The notes: generated by a model not told the origin, from the letters alone. Counted from the stretch's first letter, positions 46,586 to 57,825 are shown. The stretch is 64,000 nt of DNA from Balneola sp. (GCA_965267385.1 OZ253957.1:65186-129185); one strand, 5' to 3'. A program made the numbers and translations.

Positions 46586-47269
46586 TTATGTCAGCCTGGC
46601 GAACCATTTTCCCGGATTTCCCAGGTCTTCAAGCACCAGGTCAGGCTTTGTTTCCATCAGTTCTGAGCGGGTGAATTTCCCGGTTGTTACCGCGACGCAT
46701 TTCATTCCGGCATTCCTGGCGCATTCCACATCCCTGGGCGTATCCCCAATGATGAGAAAACGCTCAGGGTCCGGTTCGTAGCCATATAACTCTTTCACCG
46801 TTTCAATGGCCAGAAATGGAAGGTCGTTTCGGTTAGTATGGTGCTCACCAAAGGCACCGAAGCTAAAACGGTAGGAGATACCGGCTGCTTTGAGCTTGGC
46901 TCTGGCCGCGGAGGGATAGTTGCCGGTTAATAACCCCAGGTGCGCTCCCATTTGATCGAAGAAGTCAATGGCCTCATCAATAAAAGGGTGCCGTATGATG
47001 TGCCGGGCTTCTATCTGTTCTTCCATTCTCTTCAGATACTCGGATTTCATTGCCTGATAGAGATCCGGGGAATGATCATGATGTACAAGAAAGGAGGTGA
47101 GTATATCATGATCGGTACGGCCCGAAAAAGCATCCGATTCCATCTGCGGGTAATGGATCTGCAGATCATCAAGGATACCACGTAATAAAGGACGGTTAAA
47201 ATTCCGGTTTACCGTTAACAGGGTGCCGTCAATATCAAAAAGAATGACCCACGGATGGGGAGAGCTCAT
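46586..47269 (-). CDS. HAD-family hydrolase
   Basis: LFDIDGTLL (motif I), LLTGN (II) and IIGDTPRDVECA (IV). I chose the ATG at 47269; the track start at 47296 is a TTG. Confidence 0.75.
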   Translation of the reverse strand: MSSPHPWVILFDIDGTLLTVNRNFNRPLLRGILDDLQIHYPQMESDAFSGRTDHDILTSFLVHHDHSPDLYQAMKSEYLKRMEEQIEARHIIRHPFIDEAIDFFDQMGAHLGLLTGNYPSAARAKLKAAGISYRFSFGAFGEHHTNRNDLPFLAIETVKELYGYEPDPERFLIIGDTPRDVECARNAGMKCVAVTTGKFTRSELMETKPDLVLEDLGNPGKWFARLT

Positions 47270-47339
47270 AGCGTCAGTACATTTAGTTCCAGGCAAATTT
47301 ACAAAACGATCTGGTATGGAGGCTTTAAGAACATGTTAA

Positions 47340-48677
<1,338 letters not shown>

Positions 48678-48701
48678 CGATCCTGACATTTCTTAAATAA
48701 A

Positions 48702-48730
48702 AGCCACCTCATATCGGGGTGGCTTTTTTT
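48702..48730 (+). terminator. rho-independent terminator after eno
   Basis: AGCCACC-N9-GGTGGCT followed by T7. Confidence 0.65.
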
Positions 48731-48753
48731 ATAAGATTTGAATTAGTTCCGTC

Positions 48754-49770
48754 ATGATGGTGCTCTTCTTTATAGTGGGCTTCCCGGTTTTTTGCCTGGG
48801 TATTTATATGATCTACGATCACATTCGTTTTGTGAACGTAGGACTTCGGACCACAGGTAAGGTGATTGGTTATAAGAAATCGAAAGGTTCCAAGGGAACC
48901 TATTACTACAACCCGGTCGTGCGCGCCTATGTCGGAACCAAAAGTGAATTCACCTCCGGCTTCGGTTCCAGCTCACCTTCCTATCCTATCGGCAAAGAGG
49001 TTGAGGTTTTGTATATCGAAGGGAAAGACCCCAGGATCAACACTCCCGCCTTTTATGTGGCCGGGCTATTTCTGATGATATTCGGAGGCATATTTACCGC
49101 CATTTATGTGAGTCAGTTCAGGCTGGAGTGGTGGAATGCCGGTTTTTCCCTGGCAGTGGTCATAGCGCTGGCCGTCAGCATTCGCTCAAAGATGAGAGAA
49201 AAGGGAATCGATTCGCTGGAAGAGCTTAAGGAAACATTCAATAAGGCCAAAAAGAATGAGGAGGGCGTACGCATCACAGATCCCATGGAGATCAATCTGG
49301 ATTACAGGAAGAGCCGGCGTGCCCGCAAATCGGGAGGATGGGTACTTGCTTTGATCGGAATGGGGGCAGTGGCGGGAGGATTATTCATGGGTGTGAACCG
49401 GTACGAGTTCATCCAGACCGCATTGCCCGGTCAGGGAGAGGTGGTTGATCTCAGAGAAAGCCGGAGTGATGACAGCTACACCTATTACCCAATCGTGGAT
49501 TTTTCACCAGAGGGTAGTTTCGAGCTCTATACTTTTGAACACGGGGTGGGGAGTAACCCGCCATCGTATCGGGTAGGTGATGAGGTGGACGTATTATACA
49601 ATCCGGACGACCCTGGGGATGCCATTATCGACCAGGGCATTTTTAATTATCTTTTCAGCGTCATTATTATCGGTTTCGGGATCATATTCGGCGGAACTGG
49701 TGTGAGTATGATCCTTCAGTACTACCGGAACGTTAAACAGATCCGCTCCGGGCAGGAGTCCTCATTCTGA
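48754..49770 (+). CDS. membrane protein with two DUF3592-like repeats
   Basis: Two copies of the pattern TM...G.V.......Y.Y.P.V.F...G......YPIGKEV.VLY.P..P. Family name is tentative. Confidence 0.55.
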   Translation: MMVLFFIVGFPVFCLGIYMIYDHIRFVNVGLRTTGKVIGYKKSKGSKGTYYYNPVVRAYVGTKSEFTSGFGSSSPSYPIGKEVEVLYIEGKDPRINTPAFYVAGLFLMIFGGIFTAIYVSQFRLEWWNAGFSLAVVIALAVSIRSKMREKGIDSLEELKETFNKAKKNEEGVRITDPMEINLDYRKSRRARKSGGWVLALIGMGAVAGGLFMGVNRYEFIQTALPGQGEVVDLRESRSDDSYTYYPIVDFSPEGSFELYTFEHGVGSNPPSYRVGDEVDVLYNPDDPGDAIIDQGIFNYLFSVIIIGFGIIFGGTGVSMILQYYRNVKQIRSGQESSF

Positions 49771-49825
49771 GAATTCATTGCACATCACCGGACACTTATT
49801 GTGCTGATAATTTGTACTATTGGGC

Positions 49826-50962
49826 ATGCGGATCACCAGGCTTGAATTGCTAAATTTCAGAAACCACATCGATACCAAAGTGGAATGGGCTCCCCATCTG
49901 AACGTGCTGACGGGACCCAACGGAGCCGGAAAGACCAGCCTGATCGATGCCATCCATTATCTTTGTATGTCACGAAGCTTCGTATCGAACACCGATATGT
50001 ACGTGATCAATAATGAAGAGAGCTACTTTATGATCAGGGGGCATTTTGAAGGGAATATCCGGTCTGAGTTTGAAGTGGGGTGCAGTTATTCCAGAGGGGA
50101 TGGGAAAAAGATCTTTGTGAACGATTCTCCGCTGGACCGGCTTTCGGACCTCATCGGCATGGTGCCCGTGGTTGTGCTGTCTCCGGATGACAAGAAGCTG
50201 ACGCTTGAAGGTCCGGCTGAACGGCGATCTTTCATAGATTCATTTATCAGCCAGATCGATCCTTCTTATTTACGCGATCTGATGGAGTACCGGAAAGTGC
50301 GTCGTCAGCGGAATACCCTGCTTCAGGATTTCAACGGGCCCGCGTCCGTATTGAAAACCTATCTGGAGCCCTGGAATATCCAGCTGCTGGGAACCGGCTC
50401 ACGGATCGTTGCGAAGCGCCATGAAGTACTGGAAAATTTTAAAGCCTATCTGGCAAAGGATTACGCAATGATATCCGGCATGGACCTGACCACCGATCTT
50501 TCCTATGATACTTTTTGTGAGTCGTCCGGAGATCCGGAAGAAGTTTATGTGCAGTATCAGAAACTGCTGGAAGAGAATGAAGAGAAGGAGATCGAACGCG
50601 AACAGACCCTGATAGGGCCGCACAGGGATGAGATCACCTTCTATCTGGATGATTTTGAACTGAGAAGATACGGATCTCAGGGACAGCATCGTTTATTTGC
50701 ACTTTCTCTGAAGCTGGCCCAGCTGCATTATTACAACGATGAGCTGGATGACCTGCCCATTCTGATGCTGGATGATGTGTTCGGAGATCTGGACCCGAGA
50801 AAAACGGAAGCTCTTTTGAACACCTTGCAGGGACATGAGGGCCAGGTTTTTATAACCTCTGCAAATCCGGTACCTTTTGAGCAGTATGTTGCCTTCGATG
50901 GTGACCGCAACCGGTTTTTCCGTTTGGAAGAAGCTGAAATCGTTGAATCGTTGAATCGTTGA
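49826..50962 (+). CDS. recF: DNA replication and repair protein RecF
   Basis: Walker A GPNGAGKTSLIDAI, the signature GSQGQHRLFALSLKLA, and Walker B ILMLDDV. The last 8 codons and the stop lie in the octamer repeat. Confidence 0.9.
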   Translation: MRITRLELLNFRNHIDTKVEWAPHLNVLTGPNGAGKTSLIDAIHYLCMSRSFVSNTDMYVINNEESYFMIRGHFEGNIRSEFEVGCSYSRGDGKKIFVNDSPLDRLSDLIGMVPVVVLSPDDKKLTLEGPAERRSFIDSFISQIDPSYLRDLMEYRKVRRQRNTLLQDFNGPASVLKTYLEPWNIQLLGTGSRIVAKRHEVLENFKAYLAKDYAMISGMDLTTDLSYDTFCESSGDPEEVYVQYQKLLEENEEKEIEREQTLIGPHRDEITFYLDDFELRRYGSQGQHRLFALSLKLAQLHYYNDELDDLPILMLDDVFGDLDPRKTEALLNTLQGHEGQVFITSANPVPFEQYVAFDGDRNRFFRLEEAEIVESLNR

Positions 50963-51080
50963 ATCGTTGAATCGTTGAATCGTTGAATCGTTGAATCGTT
51001 GAATCGTTGAATCGTTGAATCGTTGAATCGTTGAATCGTTGAATCGTTGAATCGTTGAATCGTTGAATCGTTGAATCGTT
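50936..51080. repeat. octanucleotide microsatellite (GAATCGTT)n: 17 perfect units plus one imperfect leading unit
   Basis: Perfect units run 50945-51080, counted by hand. The tract is flanked on both sides by CGTTTGGAAGA (50921-50931 and 51077-51087). Confidence 0.95.
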
Positions 51081-51408
51081 TGGAAGATAAATCAACAAAT
51101 ATAAGCTCTTTTACGGATTTGTTGGTGTGGCAGAAATGTCGTGATCTAAGAAAGGCGGTTTCAGAATGGTGCAGCTCGCTCCCAAAGAGCGAAGAATATA
51201 AGCTAAAGGATCAAGTGTTGAGGGCTTCCAGGTCTGCCACAGCCAATATCGCCGAAGGATATGGGCGATTTCATTTTCAGAAAACATCCAGTTCTGCAGA
51301 CAAGCCAGAGGTTCCCTCTGCGAATTGATAGATCACTTTACCTGCGCAATGGATGAAGGCTATATCATAGAATCAGAACTTGAGAAAAGAAAAGAAAAGA
51401 GGAAATAA
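51071..51408 (+). pseudogene. four-helix-bundle protein (23S rRNA intervening-sequence protein / Avd-like family), frameshifted
   Basis: FTDLLVWQKCRDLRKAV...LKDQVLRASRSATANIAEGYGRFHF, then the family continues in another frame as ENIQFCRQARGSLCELIDHFTCAMDEGYIIESELEKR... The shift lies near the T-run at 51270-51282. There is no ATG start; the TTG at 51071 is inside the repeat. Confidence 0.65.
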
Positions 51409-51525
51409 TCAGATGTATTCAACTTGTGAATGGAACATTGGGTACCTGAAAAAATCAAAGTCAGATTTTGTCAAAGAAGAGAGTATCGATTACACTTCAA
51501 CAAATAACGAATAACGAATAACAAA

Positions 51526-51819
51526 ATGCGTTTCGACAAACCCAAATCCATAGGCAGTGCCCTTCAGGATTTTCTGGATCGGTTTCCTCAGAAGAAAAAG
51601 CTGAAACAGGGTATGGTTCTTTCTTCCTGGGAAGAAGTGGTGGGGGAGCGGATCGCTTCACAAACCCGAGACCTTCATTTTGAGGGCGACAAGCTGGTCA
51701 TGAAAGTGAGTAATCAGGTGTGGAGGCATGAGATCCATGCCAACCGCTTTAGTATCGCCAGGCGACTGAATGACAAAGTAGGCGGTCAGGTAGTGAGCGA
51801 ACTTATCGTGCGCAGTTAG
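51526..51819 (+). CDS. DUF721 (DciA-like) protein
   Basis: 97 aa in the usual post-recF position, with the pattern ...WEEVVGERIASQTRDLHFEGDKLVMKVSNQVWRHEI. Confidence 0.7.
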   Translation: MRFDKPKSIGSALQDFLDRFPQKKKLKQGMVLSSWEEVVGERIASQTRDLHFEGDKLVMKVSNQVWRHEIHANRFSIARRLNDKVGGQVVSELIVRS

Positions 51820-51856
51820 TTGAAGTTACCCGCCCCCCGCTCTATATTTCTTTATC

Positions 51857-52870
51857 ATGGCGGAAAACCTCATTCAGAAACTTAAGGACCGACTGGCCTC
51901 ACTCACCAAAAAGGGAACGGAACCCGGTAAGGAAGAGGAGCAGCAGCGTATTGCCCGCCGTGAGAAGGTATTTGTATTTACACTGGCCTATATCGTAGCC
52001 CTGAGTCTTTGGTTTATCGTGAACCTGAACGGGGTGTTTAATGTGAGCGTACAAATGCCCCTGGTTATCGGGAATGTACCCGATAATATGGCGCTTACTG
52101 ATGATCTTCCGGAATACGTGAACGTGGACCTGAGCGGTACGGCCCTCCCTCTCATCAACCTGTACAACAATCCCCCGGAGATCCGGATCGATGTGGATCA
52201 GAGCGAGGTCAATCTCTTTGACCAGGTGCGGCAACGCATGAATACCGTGCAGGAAGTGGATGTGGAGAAGGTGGAGCCGATCATTCTGCAGGTAAGGCTG
52301 GAAGAGAAAATCAGCAAGCGGATCCCGATCCGTCTGCAGTCGAGCCTTGAATTTGAACCACGATACGGGCTGATCAGCGAACCACAGATCACCCCGGACA
52401 GCCTTACCATCACGGGCGCGGTATCACAGGTAGAAAATATGGATGAGTGGCTTGTCCGGGACAGCTTGAAGCTTTCGGGCATCCGCAGCGACATCAACGA
52501 GGTAGTGGAGCTGACCAATACGAATCCACTGATCGAGCTCTCGGTTGACGAAGTTACCTTTACCGCGGATGTATCGGAGTTTACCGAAGCCGAGATCACG
52601 GCGCTCATACGGACCCGTGATCTCCCCCGCGGACAGAATATCACCTTCAACCCCTCGTCGGTCACCATCAAATATGATGTGCCGCTGGAACAGTATGCCG
52701 AGATCTCCAGAATACGCCCCTACGAGGTATATGTGCCCTACCTGAAGATCCTGGAGGATTCCACCGGCTTTGTAACCCCGGAGATTGAGCTGACCACTAC
52801 GCAGTATGCCCTGAGAGTAAGAAGCTTCCAGCCAAGGTCTGTGGCATACTTCAGCGTGTTGGATCAGTGA
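51857..52870 (+). CDS. YbbR-domain (CdaR-like) protein
   Basis: An N-terminal TM anchor followed by repeated roughly 90-aa beta domains of YbbR type. Confidence 0.6.
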   Translation: MAENLIQKLKDRLASLTKKGTEPGKEEEQQRIARREKVFVFTLAYIVALSLWFIVNLNGVFNVSVQMPLVIGNVPDNMALTDDLPEYVNVDLSGTALPLINLYNNPPEIRIDVDQSEVNLFDQVRQRMNTVQEVDVEKVEPIILQVRLEEKISKRIPIRLQSSLEFEPRYGLISEPQITPDSLTITGAVSQVENMDEWLVRDSLKLSGIRSDINEVVELTNTNPLIELSVDEVTFTADVSEFTEAEITALIRTRDLPRGQNITFNPSSVTIKYDVPLEQYAEISRIRPYEVYVPYLKILEDSTGFVTPEIELTTTQYALRVRSFQPRSVAYFSVLDQ

Positions 52871-52923
52871 AATTGAAGGTGAGAAGGTGAAAAGTGACAA
52901 AGAGAAAACTCAAGCCGCCCGCT

Positions 52924-54168
52924 TCACTCTTTGACCAGTTCCTCAAAGGGAGCGATCACTTCCTCCACATCCTTTACCCCGTCAAAGTAAGAGAGTACTT
53001 CTAAAAGCACTTCATCAACGAGCACATCGGGACAGGAAGCTCCGGAAGTAATAGCGACTTTAAGCGGCTCTTTATCGGTGGGAAGCCAGCCGGTACTTTC
53101 CAGGATCTGCTTCTTCCACTGATCGAAGTGGCGGATTCTGTGCTCCGACCGAAGTTCACCCGCGTCCCTTACATGATAGGTTGGAAAAGCATGTTCCAGG
53201 ATCTCCACCAGGTGCATGGTGTTGGAGGAGTTGTACCCTCCGACCACCAGCGCAATGTCGGCATCGGTCTTGGCCAGGGCCAGTGTGGCCGACTGATTTT
53301 CGTTGGTGGCGTAGCAGAGCGTGTCCGAGGTATCGGCGAAGTGGTCCAGGATGTCAGCCTCGCCGAAACGTTTAATGGCCGCCTCCTTGAGTATATCCAT
53401 GACTTCCTGCGTTTCGGTGGCCAGCATGGTGGTCTGGTTGATGACTCCGAATCGTTCCAGGTCTTTGACCGGGTTAAAACCAGGAGTGGACTTGTGGCCA
53501 AAGTATTTGTCAAAATCTTCGGAGGGGCGCTCTTCCGTCATGATCTCAGCCAGGATGGTCGCCTCTTCCGGATTCAGGACCACCACTACCGCCGAATGCT
53601 CCGCGCTGTGCGAAAAGGTGGCGCGGGTTTCCTCATGCTGATGCTTACCATGAACAACCAGGCTGTAGTCTTTCTTTCCAAGCTGTTTGCCCCGTTTCCA
53701 TACCTTCTCCACAAAGGGGCAGGTGGTGTTGTACTGATAAGGATCGATACCCACTTTCTGAAGTTCTTCCTGAATTTCGAGCGTGGTTCCGAAAGCCGGT
53801 ACGATCACGATATCCTCAGCATGTAACGAGCTGATGGGAATACGCTCGGTACCGTCGGTATCAAAGAGAAATTTCACGCCTTTGGACAGCAGATCCTCAT
53901 TCACCGTGGGATTATGGATCATCTCGCTGAGCAGATAGATATTCTTATCCGGGTTTTGCTCCACCGTGCGGTAAGCGATGTCAATGGCATTTTCCACCCC
54001 GTAACAGAAACCGAAGAAACGCGGGATGTAGAACTGTACCGGGCCAAAATCCAGCAGGCTCGGCGCCACATCCTTCTTCATGGGGTCGGTGATCTTGGTC
54101 GCTTCCTTCACCTTCCGGATGATGGGCGACTTGTACATATCAGGGATCTGGAATTTCTTTCGTGCCAA
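52924..54168 (-). CDS. ispH: 4-hydroxy-3-methylbut-2-enyl diphosphate reductase
   Basis: FGFCYGVENAI, ...NTTCPFVEKV..., ...SGASCP.... Confidence 0.9.
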   Translation of the reverse strand: MARKKFQIPDMYKSPIIRKVKEATKITDPMKKDVAPSLLDFGPVQFYIPRFFGFCYGVENAIDIAYRTVEQNPDKNIYLLSEMIHNPTVNEDLLSKGVKFLFDTDGTERIPISSLHAEDIVIVPAFGTTLEIQEELQKVGIDPYQYNTTCPFVEKVWKRGKQLGKKDYSLVVHGKHQHEETRATFSHSAEHSAVVVVLNPEEATILAEIMTEERPSEDFDKYFGHKSTPGFNPVKDLERFGVINQTTMLATETQEVMDILKEAAIKRFGEADILDHFADTSDTLCYATNENQSATLALAKTDADIALVVGGYNSSNTMHLVEILEHAFPTYHVRDAGELRSEHRIRHFDQWKKQILESTGWLPTDKEPLKVAITSGASCPDVLVDEVLLEVLSYFDGVKDVEEVIAPFEELVKE

Positions 54169-54300
54169 GGACTTGTGAGTCGTTATTGGTTAATCGTTAA
54201 TCGCAGAGTGACAAATATACGGATAAGAAACATCAGCATTGGAAGAGGAATTCCTCCATGGCTCATTGAATAATTGTCAATTGATCACTGCAGCTTGCTG

Positions 54301-57300
54301 CTAGGCTGCATCTTCCACGTCGTCCATCTTTACGCCCACCAGCCGGCTCACCCCGGTTTCCGGCATGGTAACGCCGTACATCATCTCGGCCTTGCTCATG
54401 GTCTTTTTATTGTGCGTAATGATGATGAACTGGGTATCCTCACTGAAGTTCTTGATCATCTTGGCGAAGCGTTCAATATTGGCATCATCCAGGGGTGCGT
54501 CCACCTCATCCAGCACGCAGAAGGGTGAGGGCTTTACCAGGTAGATGGCAAAAAGCAGGGCAATGGCGGTGAGGGTCTTTTCCCCGCCCGAAAGCTGTGA
54601 AATGCCGGAGGGACGTTTTCCACGGGGCTGCGCCTTGATCTCGATCTTGGCTTCCAGCGGATCCTCCACATCCTGCTCGATGATCAGATCGGCATAGTCA
54701 TCCTCAAAGAAGAGGGTCTTAAACACCTTCTGGAAGTTCACGCGGATCTCTTCGAAGGTCTGATTGAAACGTTCGGTCGCGGTCTCATTGATCTCTTCTA
54801 TGGTTTGAAGAAGCTGGGCTTCCGCTTTGTTGAGGTCTTCGATCTGCTCCTCGTAAAAGTCGAGCCGTTCCTTTTCTTCCTTGTACTCATCGATGGCAAG
54901 CGCATTCACTTCCCCGATGCTGTTCAGCTTCTGCCGTAACCATCCGATGCGTTGCTTGGCTTCCTCCGGGCTCATGTCTTCAGGCAGCTCGCCCTCCACC
55001 TGCTTCATGAGGATGCCATAGGTTTCCCAGATATGATCGGAAAGGCCCTGGATCTGCATCTCCATTTTTTCCCGGGCCATACTGAGGTGATGTACCAGCT
55101 CCATGTTGACTTCCTTCTGGCGGCGCACCTCCTTCAGTTCCTTCTCGAATTCGTTGATCTTTCCGCGCTGGCGGCTGGCTGCCTCTTCGGCTTGTTCCAG
55201 CGCTTCATCCGCTTCCACCTTAAGTTCTTTGTTCCGAGCCAGTTCTTCTTCGGTAGTGGCGATGGTAGCCTCATGCTGCCGGATATTCTTTTTGCTTTCC
55301 TCCATCATGGCAGTGCGGCTCTCGATGCGTGACTTTACGCTGGAGATGCCTGTTTCGGCCCTTCGCACGTCCCGTTCGTGATTCTCCACTTTGTTCTTCA
55401 GGTCCTGATGCTGAAGCTGGGCGTCGTTATAGCGGCTCTGAGCGATGGAACGGTCTTCCTCCAGGGTCTGGAGAAGTTCTTTCTTTTCATTCTGCTGCTC
55501 GTCCAGTTCCAGCATCTTTTTCTGCAACTCCTTCTGCCGGGGCTGCATGGAATCGAGTTCCTCCTGGGCGGTTCCCTCACTGGACTTCAGGTGATCCTTT
55601 CGGTTCATCAGTTCGGTGATGTTCTTTTGATACACCTGAATTTTGGAGCTCAGGCTGTGCTGCTGCTGCTCAAGGCGGCGTACTTCCTGCTCCTTTTCCT
55701 TGAGCATCTGGCTGAGCTTGCCGATATCCAGTTTCTCGTACTTTTCGACGATCTGCCCAAGATAGTCTTCCAGCTTGGCGATCTCTTTCTCTACCCTGGA
55801 TTCTTCTTTCTCAAGTTTTTCGATCTTGTCTTTGAGTCCTACCCGGATACCGGCATTCTTGCTTTTGCTTCCGGTTTTGTAGAAGCGGCTTCCCGTGATC
55901 ACTTCCCCTTCATAGGTCACTCCCACGGACGATCTTCCCTTCAGCGCTTCATAGGCCTCATCGGTGGAATCAAAGATCATCACATTACCCAGCAGCAGCT
56001 GCTTCAGGGCCGAATATTCCCGTTTAGACTTCACATGGTCGAAAAGGCTTCCTTCCTGAACTTCATAAGTTGCCGCAAGCTGGTCGAGCGGGATAAAGGT
56101 GGCGCGTCCCTTTTTATGTTCTTTGAGCAGCCTGGAGGCCCGTTTAGCGTCCTCCAGTGTTTTTACGACCACAAAGTTGAGTGCCTCACCCAGCACGGCT
56201 TCCAGCGCAACAGCATGCTTTTGGTCGGTATCGAAGATCTCGGAAACCGTGGTCATGTCCTTGAAATCGAAGCGGTGCTGGTCGATCAGGTATTTTACAC
56301 TATTCGGGAAAGCCTCGTTGGAGCTGGCAAGCTCGTTCATCAGCCGGATCTCGGATTCCAGTGACTCCTTTTTGCTTTCAAGGACCCGAAGTTCGTCTTT
56401 GATCTCGTTCTGCTTTTCGGCGAACCCTTCCCGCTTCTCGCGGGCTCCTTCCAATTCTTTTTCCAGTTCATCCCGTTCTTCGGTAAGCTTCTCCAGCTTT
56501 TTATCGATGAGTCCCTGCTCGCCATTCATGTTCTCGATCTCATCGTTGAGATCCACGATTTCGTTGTTGATGCGCTCGAGGTCTCCTTCGGTATTTTCCA
56601 GCCGTGATTCAATTTTGATGCGCTGGGCCTGCAGCTGATTCAGCTCGTTATTGGCTTCGCTTAACTGCACTTCAATTTCGTACAGCTGATGCCGCTCTTT
56701 GTTGTACTGCTGCTGGATCCGGGAGTACTGCTTTTTGGATTCTTCCAGTGTTTGTTCAGACTTTTCCAGGTCCTCATCGAAAGATTCGAGCTTGGCCCGG
56801 CTGTTATCCAGCAGTTCCGTCAGCTCTTTCAGGTCTTTCTGTCCCTGCCCGATATCCCGGGCATACTCCGCGATCACCTTCTTCTCATTTTCGATTTTTT
56901 CGCGGGTGATGCGCAGGGTGGTATCGGCTTCGCGGATGGCGTTATCAAGCTGGCTTACCCGTCGTTGAGCCTCGTGCTGCTGTTTTTCTTTTTCCAGCAG
57001 CTGAGCCCTTGATTTCTCATCGGCCGCTTCCAGCTCATCCGCTTTGGCCGTGATCTCCTTCTTTTCCTTTTCAGCATTGTTGATGCGCTCCTGCAGGGGC
57101 TCCAGCTCTTCCTGTATCTTATGGAAGTCGTGAAGAGTGAGGGCTTTGTCGAGCCCTTCCAGCTCTACTTTGTATTTTTTGGCCTTTTCAGCTTTTTCGG
57201 CCTGAATTTCGAGTGAACGCGTTTTCTTGCGAAGCTCGATCAGGAGGTCATCCACCCGCTGCAGGTCTTTACGGGTTTCGTCCAGCTTTCGCAGGGTGCG

Positions 57301-57825
57301 TTTGCGCTGATCTTTGTAGCGGGTTACTCCTGCGGCTTCCTCAAACAACCGGCGCCGGTCGTTATTCCGGTCGTTCAGGATCTCCTCCACCATCTTCAGC
57401 TCGATCACCGAGTAAGCATCGGAGCCCATTCCGGTGTCCATGAACAGCTCCATGATGTCCTTCAGCCGGCAGGAAGTACCGTTGATCAGGTATTCCGAAT
57501 CTCCCGAGCGATAGAGCCTGCGCGTGATGGTCACCTCGCTGTACTCGATGGGGAGGATGCCCTTGTCGTTCACGAAGGTCAGCGATACCTCGGCCATTCC
57601 GAGCGCCTTTTTCTTGGCGGTTCCGTTGAAGATGACGTTGCTCATGGCGGAAGAGCGCAGGAGGGAAGGTCGCTGTTCGCCGAGCACCCAGCGCAGTGCA
57701 TCCACGATGTTAGACTTGCCACAGCCGTTGGGGCCTACGATGGAGGTGATTCCGCTGTCAAAAGAAACCTTTGTTTTGTGAGCAAAGCTTTTAAAGCCCT
57801 GTAAGCTGAGTTCGGATATATACAT
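54301..57825 (-). CDS. smc: chromosome segregation protein SMC
   Basis: Walker A GPNGCGKSNIVDA, long coiled coils with a hinge, the signature LSGGEKTLTAIAL, and Walker B FCVLDEVDAPLD. Confidence 0.95.
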   Translation of the reverse strand: MYISELSLQGFKSFAHKTKVSFDSGITSIVGPNGCGKSNIVDALRWVLGEQRPSLLRSSAMSNVIFNGTAKKKALGMAEVSLTFVNDKGILPIEYSEVTITRRLYRSGDSEYLINGTSCRLKDIMELFMDTGMGSDAYSVIELKMVEEILNDRNNDRRRLFEEAAGVTRYKDQRKRTLRKLDETRKDLQRVDDLLIELRKKTRSLEIQAEKAEKAKKYKVELEGLDKALTLHDFHKIQEELEPLQERINNAEKEKKEITAKADELEAADEKSRAQLLEKEKQQHEAQRRVSQLDNAIREADTTLRITREKIENEKKVIAEYARDIGQGQKDLKELTELLDNSRAKLESFDEDLEKSEQTLEESKKQYSRIQQQYNKERHQLYEIEVQLSEANNELNQLQAQRIKIESRLENTEGDLERINNEIVDLNDEIENMNGEQGLIDKKLEKLTEERDELEKELEGAREKREGFAEKQNEIKDELRVLESKKESLESEIRLMNELASSNEAFPNSVKYLIDQHRFDFKDMTTVSEIFDTDQKHAVALEAVLGEALNFVVVKTLEDAKRASRLLKEHKKGRATFIPLDQLAATYEVQEGSLFDHVKSKREYSALKQLLLGNVMIFDSTDEAYEALKGRSSVGVTYEGEVITGSRFYKTGSKSKNAGIRVGLKDKIEKLEKEESRVEKEIAKLEDYLGQIVEKYEKLDIGKLSQMLKEKEQEVRRLEQQQHSLSSKIQVYQKNITELMNRKDHLKSSEGTAQEELDSMQPRQKELQKKMLELDEQQNEKKELLQTLEEDRSIAQSRYNDAQLQHQDLKNKVENHERDVRRAETGISSVKSRIESRTAMMEESKKNIRQHEATIATTEEELARNKELKVEADEALEQAEEAASRQRGKINEFEKELKEVRRQKEVNMELVHHLSMAREKMEMQIQGLSDHIWETYGILMKQVEGELPEDMSPEEAKQRIGWLRQKLNSIGEVNALAIDEYKEEKERLDFYEEQIEDLNKAEAQLLQTIEEINETATERFNQTFEEIRVNFQKVFKTLFFEDDYADLIIEQDVEDPLEAKIEIKAQPRGKRPSGISQLSGGEKTLTAIALLFAIYLVKPSPFCVLDEVDAPLDDANIERFAKMIKNFSEDTQFIIITHNKKTMSKAEMMYGVTMPETGVSRLVGVKMDDVEDAA

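Noticed and set aside
50850-51098. Minus-strand 82-aa ORF with (NDSTIQRF)n
   Set aside because: It is a translation of the GAATCGTT microsatellite (8 nt x 3 = 24 nt = 8 aa). It has no independent coding evidence and overlaps the recF 3' end antisense.
52871-52923. Purine-rich near-repeats (AAGGTGAGAAGGTGAAAAGTGACAAAGAG) between the convergent ybbR-like and ispH genes
   Set aside because: There are only about three loose copies of GGTGA(A/G)AA and no hairpin. This is probably low-complexity spacer sequence rather than a functional element.
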